A stretch of 64,000 bases of DNA from Antedon mediterranea (GCF_964355755.1 NC_092673.1:27959648-28023647), one strand, 5' to 3'. Counted from the stretch's first letter, positions 38,797 through 51,065 are shown. Numbers and translations: made by a program. The notes: a model not told the origin generated them from the sequence alone.

Positions 38797-39350
38797 TTGG
38801 CTACCAATGTTGCCAACTGTACAGTGGAGTTGTGTGGCTTGGTGGTTATGATGCTTGGCTACCAATGTTGCCAACTGTACAGTGGAGTTGTGTGGCTTGG
38901 TGATTATGATGCTTGGTTACCAATGTTGCCAACTGTACAGTGGAGTTGTGTGGCTTGGTGATTATGATGCTTGGCTACCAATGTTGCCAACTGTACAGTG
39001 GAGTTGTGTGGCTTGGTGGTTATGATGCTTGGCTACCAATGTTGCCAACTGTACAGTGGAGTTGTGTGGCTTGGTGGTTATGATGCTTGGCTACCAATGT
39101 TGCCAACTGTACAGTGGAGTTGTGTGGCTTGGTGGTTATGATGCTTGGTTACCAATGTTGCCAACTGTACAGTGGAGTTGTGTGGCTTGGTGGTTATGAT
39201 GCTTGGCTACCAATGTTGCCAACTGTACAGTGGAGTTGTGTGGCTTGGTGATGCTTGGCTACCAATCCAAAGGTCCTTTCATATGTCAGGATTTTTTTTC
39301 TAATCACAATTTACAACTCCACTCTCAAAGACTTGTAATAAGACTTTCTT
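38797..39350 (+). repeat. 58-bp tandem repeat (8 units) ending in SINE family B body
   Basis: Unit TGGCTACCAATGTTGCCAACTGTACAGTGGAGTTGTGTGGCTTGGTGGTTATGATGCT. Confidence 0.92.
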
Positions 39351-39456
39351 CAGAAGGATTGTGAATGAATTCGCTTATGGTTATCCTTGGCAATTTGCCT
39401 AAATATATAAAACAAAACAACAACAAAATATTTTAATTAAACATGTTTTTATATAG

Positions 39457-39603
39457 ATTTTGATGAATGCGCAGCTGGTCAAGACCAGGTAGAGGGCGTC
39501 AATTTCTGCGAACATCCAGAACTTTGTGTAAACACTCTTCAAAGTTATACATGTAACTGCAGATCTGGGTTTGAACTGCATCCAAATCTAAAGGATTGTT
39601 TAG
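39457..39603 (+). CDS. Exon 24: cbEGF
   Basis: DFDEC..CVNTLQSYTCNC; phase 1-1. Confidence 0.86.
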
Positions 39604-40186
39604 GTATCCACTTTGATCTTATTTATAACATTTATTTACAGCGCACTTACTGTAGTAAGTATTAATGAAGACCTCTCCTGAAAGCTATCATTTCTATACT
39701 CTAGATAAAGAATGAGAATCCGTATGATTTTTATAACCAATTCATGTATTGTTTAATAAGTGAAATAATGAGTTGGTACCATATATTCTATTTTGCTTGC
39801 GGGAAAATAACACATGTTTATTATTTTTAATATTAATTTAGATTTTTAATAGAGACCCTTGATAGTTTGATATATTTTAGAAAATATTACAGCACTCTCT
39901 ATAATATAGTTTGGACATGATGTCATGAAATCTCCCAATATTTTCCATGTTTTCCAAGTTGGAAGGTCCGTTAATGTCATGTAGATGTGCTATATATGTT
40001 TATGTGTTAGAGAAAACATACTCATTTTGTTATATTATATATATTTTATTTTTTGTTTTGAGAAGTTTATAGACTCCTCAACTTTATATACTGTACGTTA
40101 TTAGTAAATTGAAATAAAAAATGAATGAATGTTTTACATACTTATACTTGGCCATTTGACAGCAATAATTGTCTTTCTTTCTGCAG

Positions 40187-40309
40187 ACATAGACGAATGT
40201 GATAGACATACAGATAACTGTGATTCTAATGCCATGTGTGAGAATTTCGTTGGAGGCTTTAATTGTTCATGTAATGTTGGCTACAGTGGGGATGGTATAT
40301 CTTGTGAAG
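40187..40309 (+). CDS. Exon 25: cbEGF
   Basis: DIDEC..; 123 nt. Confidence 0.88.
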
Positions 40310-40838
40310 GTATGACATTATATACATCTAAAATACTGAAGCCATTACAGTAATATCACCAAACATCAGAAAATGTTTAAAAAATGTATTTATTTTAACG
40401 GAAGGAGTTCCTATTAATTAGTAAGGTTATTAATCCAATAAATAAAAAGTTAATAGATTAGATATATAACTGTTTTGGGGGTTTTTTTTCTGTTGACCAG
40501 AATCATAGAAATGTTAAGCAACTTCTTTAGCTAAACAGTTCTTTCAAGTTTGCAATAATGTGAACATTGAATTTGGTGACGTCAGTGTTCAATTGAGAAT
40601 GTGGAGGTAGTTCAATATCCACAACTTATAGATTGAGTCCAGACTTACAAAAGAATCAGTTGTAGGTCCCAAAAAAGTTTGGATTAATGCTAGATGATTT
40701 TAATCCATTATTTCATCATTGGTTGTATGCATGAAAGAGTGAAATTACACTGAAATTTCACTTTTCCCTGGTAGTATGTCATTGGTTGTTAAAGTGCGTC
40801 AAAAATTTTATGTACATAAAATGTATTTTTGTATACAG

Positions 40839-40961
40839 ATGTAAATGAATGCCAAACTGGAAGTTTTCCTTGTGACCTCAATGCAGATTGTAACAACGTT
40901 GTAGGTTCATTTTCTTGTGCTTGTCAAGATGGATTCTTAGGCAATGGAATGTCTTGTGACG
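40839..40961 (+). CDS. Exon 26: cbEGF
   Basis: DVNEC..; 123 nt. Confidence 0.88.
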
Positions 40962-41327
40962 GTAATTGTTTTTTTTGTACTTTGAGTTGGGTCCTGGTTC
41001 AAGTCCTGTCGTATTTCAGTGACAAAATACAATTCCACTCCCAAAGACTTGTATTAAGACTTTTTTATGTAGAGCATTTTGTGTATATGTTTTTCTTGTG
41101 AACAGGATTGCCATGACGAGGCAAAGATATTTTAAATATAATTATTAAATATACTGTAAAATATGACTTTTCTGCTCGGGAATTGCGGTGAGTGGTGAAA
41201 ATTGAAAATTTCAGACGAAGCAATTGGGCCTAGTCTGCCTCATGCTTGCTACGGCAAATATTTTATATAAAATATATTTTAAGAATGATAAACAAAGATA
41301 TAATATAAATGATGTATTCATTTATAG

Positions 41328-41573
41328 ATATTAATGAGTGTCTCCAAGGTTTGAGTAACTGCGACGAGAATGCAGATTGCGTCAATGTCGTCGGTTCGTT
41401 CATGTGCACATGTCAACAAGGTTATCAAGGCAATGGCACACATTGTTTTGATGTGAATGAATGTGTCAATGGCGACCAACAATGTAGCTCAAGGGGCTTC
41501 TGTACCAACGTGGAAGGTAGCTACACATGTCAATGCAACTCAGGGGCTGAAGGAGATGGATTTACTTGTGTGG
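41328..41573 (+). CDS. Exon 27: two cbEGF
   Basis: DINEC..DVNEC; 246 nt. Confidence 0.88.
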
Positions 41574-42100
41574 GTAAGTCAGGAAGTTATGTAGTCGGTA
41601 AAATTATTTCCACTGAAACGTGGAAGGTACTGTAGCACACGTGTCAATTCAACTCAGGGGCTGAAGGAGATGGATTTACTTGTGTGGGTAAGTCAGGAAG
41701 TTATGTAGTTGGTAAAATTATTTCCACTGAAACGTAGAAGGTACTGTAGCACATGTTTCAATTCAACTCAGGGGCTGAAGGAGATGGATTTACTTGTGTG
41801 GGTAAGTCAGGAAGTTATGTAGTCGGTAAAATTATTTCCACTGAAACGTGGAAGGTAGCACACGTGTCAATTCAACTCAGGGCTGAAGGAGATAGATTTA
41901 CTTGTGTAGGTAAGTCAGGAAATTATTTAGTTGGTAAAATTATTTCCACTGACACGTGAAAGGTACTGTAGCACATGTGTCAATTCAACTCAGGAGATGA
42001 AGGAGATGGATTTACTTGTGTGGGTAAGTCAGGAAATTATTTAGGAGCAACATTGAATCATGGAAGGTACTGTACACGTGTCAATGCAACTCGGGATCAA
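41507..42100 (+). repeat. ~110-114-bp tandem repeat of the exon 27 3' end plus donor site (~5 copies)
   Basis: CAACTCAGGGGCTGAAGGAGATGGATTTACTTGTGTGG|GTAAGTCAGG repeated. Confidence 0.9.
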
Positions 42101-42279
42101 AAGGAGTTTCAAAAGTCAGTAACGATATACCATCACCTGTGATTGTTCAAATTCCTTTTGTTGCGTTTTCTTCCTTGAGTTAAGTTCTAGTGAGAACCAA
42201 GACACTAAATTTTCATCATAAGAAATAGAGTAAATTATTTCCCCACGAAATGATGTCATTGTTTTTTCTCACTTTCTAG

Positions 42280-42408
42280 ATATTGATGAATGTACAGTTG
42301 ATATGAATATCTGTTCCGATATCGAGGAGTGTATTAATACCGACCCTGATTATTTCTGTCGGTGTATTCCTGGTTATGCAAGAGCGAATGAAACTGCCGT
42401 ATGTACAA
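42280..42408 (+). CDS. Exon 28: cbEGF
   Basis: DIDEC..; 129 nt. Confidence 0.86.
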
Positions 42409-42911
42409 GTAAGTTTCATATAAGCGAAAGCTTTTTATTTGGTCTCTTTGTCAAATGAGCAATGTAATTATTACTATTATTTTACATTTTGACAAAGAGA
42501 TGTGTATTGTACCTTTTACCTTAATGTTTGTATTGTAATTGACTTGTCTCAAATATTCCTTATATACTTATAAGGAATATAAACTTATTGCTATAGTTTA
42601 TAAAATATACACAAGCTAGCAATAATATGATCTTTATTGTTTGATATTCAAACATGGAGTAGAGTACTCCATGATTCAACATACAAGTGAATCTAACTTA
42701 ACTAAAAGTATTCTTAACTACTGGTATATATTGATTGTGTTTATATACAGGATACTGTGGTTATCACACAGGGTGCTAATTGCATACATGTGATATGAGT
42801 ACAGATGATACTTAATAAATATCACATCTGTTTACAGTAGTGTCATTTCACTTACGTTACAATACCATGCTTATTGCATTAAATAAATGTGTTTTTTTTT
42901 GTTTTTTCAAG

Positions 42912-43040
42912 ATGTCGACGAATGTGTTCCAGTGAATGGGGTTGCCCCTTGTTCAAGTAGTGGTACTTGTAATGATATCATAGGATCCTATGAATGCGAA
43001 TGTAATAGTGGTTACATGGGCGATGGTGTTACTTGTGTCG
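42912..43040 (+). CDS. Exon 29: cbEGF
   Basis: VDEC..GSYECEC; 129 nt. Confidence 0.86.
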
Positions 43041-43355
43041 GTAAGGCTGGAATTATGTATAATTAACGAAAATCAAGATTAATTATACAGTAGTATTTAT
43101 TTGTAGAGAGCCTCATTTATTCTTGTTACAACATTAGGTATTAATACTGCCACATTGATTATTGTTCTCGTGTACAGTTTATTAAAATATACATCTCACT
43201 CCTCTAAAGTACAAAACTTTACTGATAAATGATTAAAACATTTATTGATTATAGATTTCCTTTTTGTATTCACTTTTATATGAGAATTACGTTTCTATTA
43301 GTCTTAGTATGATTGGGGAATTGATGAAATGACAAATCTAATAATTACTTTCCAG

Positions 43356-43478
43356 ATATTGATGAATGCAGTTTGGAAACAGATGGCTGTAGTCAAACCT
43401 GTGCCAATACCGCTGGATCGTTTACCTGTGGTTGCAACACTGGTTTTGAACTTCAGAATGACACGGTATCTTGTAATC
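43356..43478 (+). CDS. Exon 30: cbEGF
   Basis: DIDEC..GSFTCGC; 123 nt. Confidence 0.86.
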
Positions 43479-43925
43479 GTAAGTTTTAAAGCGTTTTTAT
43501 TAACTGTTATTGTACACACAGTTTATCTTAAAACTAAGTTGTACCACTTAACCGCAGGCCCATTTTTTTAAAAATAAAATACAAAATAACTTTATTGTCC
43601 AAAAGATGAATATTTTTATAACACTTTACATACTATTTGCATTGACTAATGGGATGAATACATCTATTTGTTAAAGATCTATTGTCGTGAAAAATAATTT
43701 TTACTATTTTTGTTGTTGAATATGCCATTTTAATGTCACATAATATAATTTGTTTGCAAAATAACTTTATTGTCCAAAAGATGAAAATGACATTTCTTAT
43801 GACTGGCAAACACTAAAAATGATATTATATATTGTATTATAATCTCTCATTTGCGCATTTAATTCTAATACTCAATAACGGGACATTGAATTGGATGTTA
43901 TTTCCACATGTATTTGTAATTTCAG

Positions 43926-44054
43926 CTCTAGCAGGAATGGAATGCACAAATAACCCCTGTGATGCCTTCTCTCAGTGTATACTAGACAATTCTGGCAACC
44001 CGACTTGTACCTGCAACAATGGTTATGTTGCGGCAAGTGCAACCACTTGCCAAA
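43926..44054 (+). CDS. Exon 31: EGF-like
   Basis: ECTNNPCDAFSQC..CTCNNGY; 129 nt. Confidence 0.84.
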
Positions 44055-44285
44055 GTATGTATTTTCAAGGATTTTACTTAAACCAACAACAAGATTACTT
44101 TTCATTGTATTCAACCAAAAATATATTACAGTTCATAAAGTATTTAACATTGATACAATTTTGTCTTAAGCCTATTCACCTCAGACAGACTTTCTTCATC
44201 AGTGCTTCTATAAATGGAGCATGAATGCTATTTTTATTTCATGGTCATTCAAGAAATTATCTCTCGCACATCCTCACTAGACTAA

Positions 44286-44416
44286 AGCTCTGTCTGCACT
44301 ATCAAACTATTTTGACAAACAAGTGTGATATTCCCAATTATGGTAGTGATATGACATCATTATATAGGCACATCACATTATTTTGTCACATAAAGTTTGA
44401 TAGTGTAGACAGAGCT
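44286..44416. mobile_element. MITE family A copy
   Basis: Same TIRs and core as 26009-26145. Confidence 0.75.
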
Positions 44417-44476
44417 TTATATTCTTTTTAATAGCACAGATTTACTCCCTTTAATTCTAATACCTTTTTATTTTAG

Positions 44477-44602
44477 ATATCGATGAATGTGCTAGTAGTA
44501 ATACTAACCAATGTGAAACCAATTGCATTGATAATGAAGGAAGCTTTGAGTGTTCTTGTAACGATGGCTATGAGTTGTCCACTGACGAACGAACATGTCA
44601 AG
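44477..44602 (+). CDS. Exon 32: cbEGF (GC donor)
   Basis: IDEC..GSFECSC; donor AG|GCAAGT; 126 nt. Confidence 0.82.
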
Positions 44603-45149
44603 GCAAGTGCTTTACTTGTTTCTATATTGTAAATAAGTCAGCGGTGTATGGCCACTCTTGTGTTTCCATAACAAAGCTTAAGGTTTTTTACTTATTTGAT
44701 CTCCTTTCACACTTCTCTGATTAGCAAGTACAAGTACTGTATCTTATTTTTAATTAATTTGATTACCATATTTATTATTTCTTTAATACCTGCTTACTAA
44801 ATTTGTAATATTTGTATTTGAAGTGTGAACAATTAGAATAAAAGAAAGAAATTATTCCACTGGTAGGATTTTAAACTCAAGGCAGCACTAAACCAGTGAC
44901 TGAAATGGACCAGAACAACCCTTAGTCTTTCCGAAATTTACACTGGGTTCTTTTACGTGCACATGAGCAAGATGTGTACACTGAACCTCCAGTTTTAAGT
45001 CCTAATCTGAGATTTATCTTGCTTTCCCATGACTATCATTGATCAGTGCCATGAGCCTGTGACGATATTATTACTTGGTTTGCAGTGACCCAGTCTCAAT
45101 TGCTTTGCTTTCAAATGCATTTAATTTGTTTTGTATTGTTTATATTTAG

Positions 45150-45263
45150 ACACTAATGAGTGCCTGAATAGCACTATTTGTGTGGCAAATGCTGAGTGTA
45201 TTAATATGCCTGGGACTTTCATGTGCTCATGCCTGGATGGGTTTGCTGGAGAAATGTGTGACG
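45150..45263 (+). CDS. Exon 33: cbEGF
   Basis: DTNEC..; 114 nt. Confidence 0.86.
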
Positions 45264-45909
45264 GTAAGAAATACAAGTCGCCCTGCATTTTGCACTATAT
45301 ATATTAAATTAAATTATCATTTTTAGGTTTATTAAATTCTAAAATTATTGAAGTTTTTCATTTCATTTTGTTTGTTTATTCGTCCAGCATAATATCAATA
45401 CAGTATACATTATACAAATTTAATGAATTTAAATTTATAATATTTTGATCTGAGGTCTTACACTTACAAATCTTCCTGATATCAGCCTGAGACCTAAATT
45501 CCATAATATTTTTATAGCACTTTACATACTATTTTCATTGAATAATGGGATGAATACATCTATTTGTTAAAGATCTATTTTCCTGAAAAATAATTTAACT
45601 ATTTTTGTTGTTGAATATGCCATTTTAATGTCACATAATACAGTAGTTATTTCACTTGACCAATAATTGGATCTAAACAAAATTTATTTTCCTGAAAAAA
45701 CTGTAATTTCAAGCAAAATTTTTGGGGGAATTTAACCATTTATTATGTTATTTTTCTACAAAGTGTTTAAAAACAAAATAACCTTTTCAAAGTCTGGTTA
45801 TATTAATCTTCATTTTTTATGTTTTTGGGGGACAATACATTTTTAAGTTAATTCAGTAAATAATAAAAATGTTTGTATCATTGTATTTTATATGCGTACT
45901 CTTTTTCAG

Positions 45910-46038
45910 ATATTAACGAATGCAATTCTGAAGAACTGTATAACTGTACTGAGAATGCGGTGTGTATAAATCAAGAGGGCAGCTACAGGTGTGCTTGTGG
46001 AACAGGATTCTCGAGAAACGACGAAAATATTTGTATTG
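45910..46038 (+). CDS. Exon 34: cbEGF
   Basis: DINEC..GSYRCAC; 129 nt. Confidence 0.87.
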
Positions 46039-46399
46039 GTAAGGAATTTGAATCATACAAACTTGTGAACACAGGTCCTCAACGTGTATGTAATCATTTC
46101 TTATAAAGATAAAATGAGAAAAGCTATGGTTATACCCGGTACATATAGAAAATTATTTTTATCTCAGTTGATGTGCCATTAAAACAGAAGGAATTAGGTA
46201 AAATGTACTGATTTATCAACATTATATTTCATTACCCAGGGTAGCCCAAAAAATTAAAACTGGTTTTTTAATTAGGGCACTGCATATAACGTTTTATTAA
46301 TTACAAACACAGCAACACTGATAAATAATAATAAATACATTTTATCTCTGTGATGTCATTGCTTATGTATAATAATAATTGCATTTAATTTATTCATAG

Positions 46400-46522
46400 A
46401 TAATAATGAGTGTTTATCAATTGATTCATGTAATTTGCTCGCAACGTGTAATAATACTGTGGGATCATTTGAGTGTCAATGTATAACTGGTTACACCGGT
46501 GACGGCAAAACAAATTGTACAA
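46400..46522 (+). CDS. Exon 35: cbEGF
   Basis: DNNEC..GSFECQC; 123 nt. Confidence 0.86.
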
Positions 46523-46605
46523 GTAAGTTACCTTTACTCAAGACAAATTAGATTCCCACAAGATTATGTAAGATATGTTATAATTCTGTTTATTTTCTAT
46601 GCTTA

Positions 46606-46997
46606 AGCTCTGTCTACACTATCAAACCAGTTTGACAACAAAAATGTGATGTTCCCAAATATGGTAGTGGTATGCCCAAATATGGTAGTGATATGACATC
46701 ATCATGTCCATATATGATTACAATTTTTTGTCACATAAAGTTATATTTGATTTTGTATTATATTTGATTTGTTTCTTCAATATTCAATAAACAAATATTC
46801 ATAAAATGTTCTCCACACATATATTAAAAATACATAAAAAAAACAATTATATAAATACTTGTGATAATAACCAATAAAAAACATAGTATGTGTGGAAGGA
46901 ACCTACTGTATATAAGTTTAAAAAACTTTACACCTAGTCTCCCACTAAAAAATAATAACAAAGTTGGGATAAAAAGGTTGATAGTGTAGACAGAGCT
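46606..46997. mobile_element. MITE family A copy with internal insertion
   Basis: TTA on both sides, TIRs separated by ~240 extra bp. Confidence 0.7.
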
Positions 46998-47423
46998 TTA
47001 CATCTTTACCTGCTACACCTTACCACACTATGATTTATATTCATCTCTTTAAAATACTTGCCCATTAGATGAGAGGTACATCAGACATTAAAGCTACCAA
47101 GAAATGTTTTTATTGTACTGTAGAACAAGATTTTTTTAAATTGCATTATGATCTGCAAAGTAAAGAGTCAAATTTGTGAGATTCAGAGGAGGACCCTTCA
47201 GGACCTATGACCTTTTGGGGATTTAGAGGCTATCCTCGCTACCACACCAAATGATTGCATTTTTGTTTCCTTTTTATCTGTATTTGTATGGTATCGAAAT
47301 AAATCAAATCAAATTCCTAATTGAAGAGAACCGATTAATATGAAATATAAACATGATTCTTATATGATTATTTCTTGCACAAGTGACAACTGTAAATTAA
47401 ATGTTTTGACTTGTTGTCTTCAG

Positions 47424-47678
47424 ATATCAATGAATGTTTGAATAGCCCTTGTAATGTAAATGCTGAATGTCAAGACACAGATGGATCATACCTATGCACA
47501 TGTAACAATGGTTACCGTGGTGATGGATTTATAAATTGTGCAAACATAGATGAATGTTTTGAACAATTTGACGATTGTCATGAGTTGGCCACCTGTACAG
47601 ATAACAATGGATCTTACACATGTGAATGTAATATGGGTTTTGAAGACTCCTCTTCACAGCCTGGATTTAATTGTACTG
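47424..47678 (+). CDS. Exon 36: two cbEGF
   Basis: INEC..NIDEC; 255 nt. Confidence 0.88.
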
Positions 47679-47689
47679 GTAAGTAACTA

Positions 47690-48110
47690 AATAATAAAAC
47701 GATACAAGATCAACTAAAATGACTTCATATTTATTCACTACAAGCTTGTTTCGTATGGCCAGCAAAGTTGGTCACACTCTTCAGATGAATTACAAAACAT
47801 GAGTGAATCAATTTGTCCACAAGACTACAGTTAATGAATGACCAGGGAGTTATGTTGTTTATGTTTTTCAAAGGTCTATTGTTTACGGATGTGCTGTCTA
47901 TTGTTAATTAAATATTTCGTTTTGTACCTACATGTTGATACTAGCTCATTTTTGCTGTTAAGTGAGCATAGCTCAGTATGGAAAATATATTTCTCATACA
48001 TAAATAGCAACGTGTATAAATATAAAAGAAATATAGCATTTGGCATGTTGCCAATTACCATGTGAATTTTGATGTAACATAATCCATTCCAAATCGTAAC
48101 ATTATTTGTC
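47690..48110 (-). mobile_element. Penelope-like retroelement 3' remnant
   Basis: Degraded RCYLC..EKYIFHTELCSLNSKNELVSTCRYKTKYL resembles PLE GIY-YIG C-termini (from memory), followed by a hammerhead. Confidence 0.65.
47733..47790 (-). ncRNA. Type-I hammerhead ribozyme
   Basis: ATTCAT-CTGAAGA-GTGTGACCAAC(TTT)GCTGGCCATAC-GAAA-CAAGCTTG-TA-GTGAAT: full catalytic core with stems I, II and III. Confidence 0.8.
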
Positions 48111-48366
48111 GCTATAAAGTGATAAAGACTACACAGTTTTTATTTCACGAATGACACTAAAGTTGTGCAATTAAAAATTTCTGAAGCTCTCTGCTTAACT
48201 CAACGTTATTTGTCAAGCTACTGTACTATGCAGTTAGTACCACTTTGTCGCAACAACTCTTCCTCTCTCCTACCTAGTGTATATCTTGCCAAAAATGTCC
48301 GCTTCTGTTATTTTAACCTCATTTTTGCTTCTTGTGGTTATACAAATTTGTTTTTACATTTTTAAG

Positions 48367-48507
48367 ATATTGATGAATGCGCAATTGAAACTGACACTTG
48401 TGATTCAATTGCAAACTGTACAAACACATTTGGATCCTACACATGTAACTGCTACATTGGTTATGTAAGCCTTCCTGGTGGAAATGCTAGAATTGGTCAA
48501 TGCGAAG
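48367..48507 (+). CDS. Exon 37: cbEGF
   Basis: DIDEC..GSYTCNC; 141 nt. Confidence 0.86.
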
Positions 48508-48979
48508 GTAAATGCCTAAACAGTATTGTGGTATGCTTCAATGTGTTATGTTTCTCTCTGATGCGTTTCTTCCTGACAGTCTATGCTATTTCTGTGTACT
48601 CTCACTTTTTAACAAATGTTTCTTACAGTATATAAACTACAATACGCTGGTAAAATCCCACCCCCCTAGAACATGAAATTGTGCCGACTTTGGCGGGTGG
48701 GACTAATACCAAGGCAAAAAGCCTAGTAAAAAAATTATTGGTAAGCATTTCTTGTAAAAACTCATCTGAACTGGCTAGAGAGAGGCCTACATCCAGATCA
48801 AAAGTCAATACTGGGACTATACCTGGGAATCTTGTTGGTAAAAGCAGACATAAACTAGGTGGTGGGATAAGACCCAAAGTTGGATTTATACCTGAGGATA
48901 TAAGGTAATACGACTACAGAATATGTTTGGATTATGATACTTAAATCATAATCTATATTTCCACGTTCTTATTTCTCAG

Positions 48980-49102
48980 ATTATGATGAGTGTGATTTTA
49001 ATATTGATACCTGTTCGGACAACGGGATATGTAGCAATACTATTGGCTCTTATTCATGTGCATGTCAAAATGGTTACCAAGGAGATGGATTTGATTGTGA
49101 AA
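48980..49102 (+). CDS. Exon 38: cbEGF
   Basis: DYDEC..GSYSCAC; 123 nt. Confidence 0.86.
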
Positions 49103-49464
49103 GTAAGTTAGCTTTCATATTTCAATAAAGCCGTGCAGTAATAAAGTGTGTGGGAATAACCTGTGTCTCGCAGCCAACGTACAATTTACACAATATGGCG
49201 TACAACTGTTATTAGATGATGCTCATTCGTTTGTTCATAACTACAGGGGCTGTGATAGACCAGCACACCGGGGTAACCTCCTTACTCTCCCAACAAATTT
49301 TGTGTTAATAAGAGTGCACACATGCCACATGCCTTACAACGATTGACTTGACTTTGTTCGGTCGGCGCAAATTGAAAGCTTGCAATTATCAATGAAATAT
49401 GTGACTGGTTCCCGATTTTTGCTTGCCAATGTTTTTAACTGAATTCATTTGTTTTGTCAAACAG

Positions 49465-49593
49465 ATATAGACGAATGTAGATCTCTCATATCACCATGCC
49501 ATCTGGAGTCTAACGAAAGATGTGTGGACACGCAGGGTAGTTTTTACTGCACATGTCAGACCTCTTATTTCAACGTTAGTGGAACCTGTATAG
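49465..49593 (+). CDS. Exon 39: cbEGF
   Basis: IDEC..GSFYCTC; 129 nt. Confidence 0.86.
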
Positions 49594-49719
49594 GTATGTT
49601 TTTTTATATTATTATTATGTTTGTTGTTTTAATATAACATAACATAATAAATTACATCATTTCTTGTCAACAAAAGGAAGTAAGAAGATTTCATCTCCCC
49701 ATTTGTTTTAAATCATATA

Positions 49720-49920
49720 AAAGGTACAAAGGTAAAGGTAATTATCTTAGTCCTCAAGCTTAACTGGAAACTGAGGAGATTCGGATTAGGCCCTCTACGG
49801 ACTCACGGCAGCCAGCAGTGCAACGCCTACCAGATCAGCACACCGGGAGACGATCCCCTACTCTTTTTCGAATAGTGTACCAAGTTCTTTAACTTGCACT
49901 GTTAAGTACATGGGACCAAC
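49720..49920 (-). mobile_element. 5'-truncated copy of the Deu-type SINE
   Basis: Near-identical to 34388-34580 including the tail. Confidence 0.8.
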
Positions 49921-50365
49921 TGTGTACAATTAAGTTACTACGTAAGGCAATATCGATATAACAAATTTCAGGGAATAAATAAACTTCACTTATACAACTT
50001 TAAAAACAATGTTTCTGTTTTTACATTCGTTTGAGAATACATTTTTTTAAAGAAACATCAAACGAATTCCAGAGTATGTATGTAAAGCATATAAATAAGT
50101 TGTACAAATTGGTTTTTATTTATCATTAAATTATATTTCATGAATGTTGGTATTGCACCAAATGTTTATAGCTCAGTCTACACTATCAAAGTTTATGTGA
50201 CAACAAAATGTGATGTTCCCATATATTGACATGATGATGTCATATCACTCCCATTATTTGTGCACATCATACTTTTTTGTAAAATTAGTTGGTGGAGACA
50301 GAGCTTTAAAATATGTATTAAGCAACTTAACTTATCTTATAAATGATACTTCTTCATGTTTTCAG

Positions 50366-50478
50366 CTGCGGTTTCGAAGAATCTTGTGATCGACTTTGAA
50401 TATATCGAAGGATTAGATGCAAACATGTTTTTCGATGATTTTAACTTTGATGATGTTGCTCTTCAAATAAGTGCTGAT
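50366..50478 (+). CDS. Exon 40: SEA-like domain 1, first half
   Basis: Cys-free, phase 1-0, same two-exon layout as SEA 2. Confidence 0.75.
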
Positions 50479-50633
50479 GTAAGTAGCTAATATTATTTGA
50501 TGTCTTTGAGGACAAACTCAGTTTGACTCATTGAGCCATTGGGATTTCCTGAAGCTGACACATTTGTCGTGGAATACATTCCTTATTATTTTCTTGAATG
50601 ACGTTTATGCATGAGAACCTTTCACCAATCTCA

Positions 50634-50673
50634 CTCCTGAGGACGATCAAAGTATATTGATCAAAACATCGAG
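50634..50673 (+). ncRNA. Decayed minimal hammerhead motif
   Basis: CTC-CTGAGGA-CGATCAA(AGTATA)TTGATC-AAAA-CA-TC-GAG; G12 mutated to A. Confidence 0.55.
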
Positions 50674-50795
50674 AAACTCAACAGTTCTTTTCAGAACTAA
50701 TATACGTGGTGTACCGTAAACTTTTGAATGTGTTTGCATAAGGTGTGGCTGTATTGGCTTGTATTATACATTATTTTGTGTTTATATTTTTGCAG

Positions 50796-51033
50796 ATGGA
50801 CAGTTTATTTGAAAAGAGTATTTATATGGATCAATATTTCGGCACTGAAACCATCTCATTCATGAATGTGTCCATTGGTATACGTGCAACATTTATCGTG
50901 ACATTTAACATAGAATTAAATATTACCGATGATCAGTTGCGGCAGGTGTTCCTAGACGGTCTAACAGGACGAGACAGTAATATTCTAGAACCAGACAGTC
51001 AGGTTGTAACAGACGTAACTATACCAGACCCAG
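50796..51033 (+). CDS. Exon 41: SEA-like domain 1, second half
   Basis: MDSLFEKS...ISFMNVSIGIRATFIVTF; phase 0-1. Confidence 0.8.
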
Positions 51034-51065
51034 GTACGAAATGTGTAATTAATTCATAATATTAA

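Noticed and set aside
36158-39270. 68-bp and 58-bp arrays (and the 20-bp array at 22105) as CRISPR-like loci
   Set aside because: No unique spacers, no cas genes, eukaryotic intronic context.
44170-44210. CTGATGA..GAAA on the minus strand as a fourth hammerhead
   Set aside because: No room for stem II and no convincing stems I or III.
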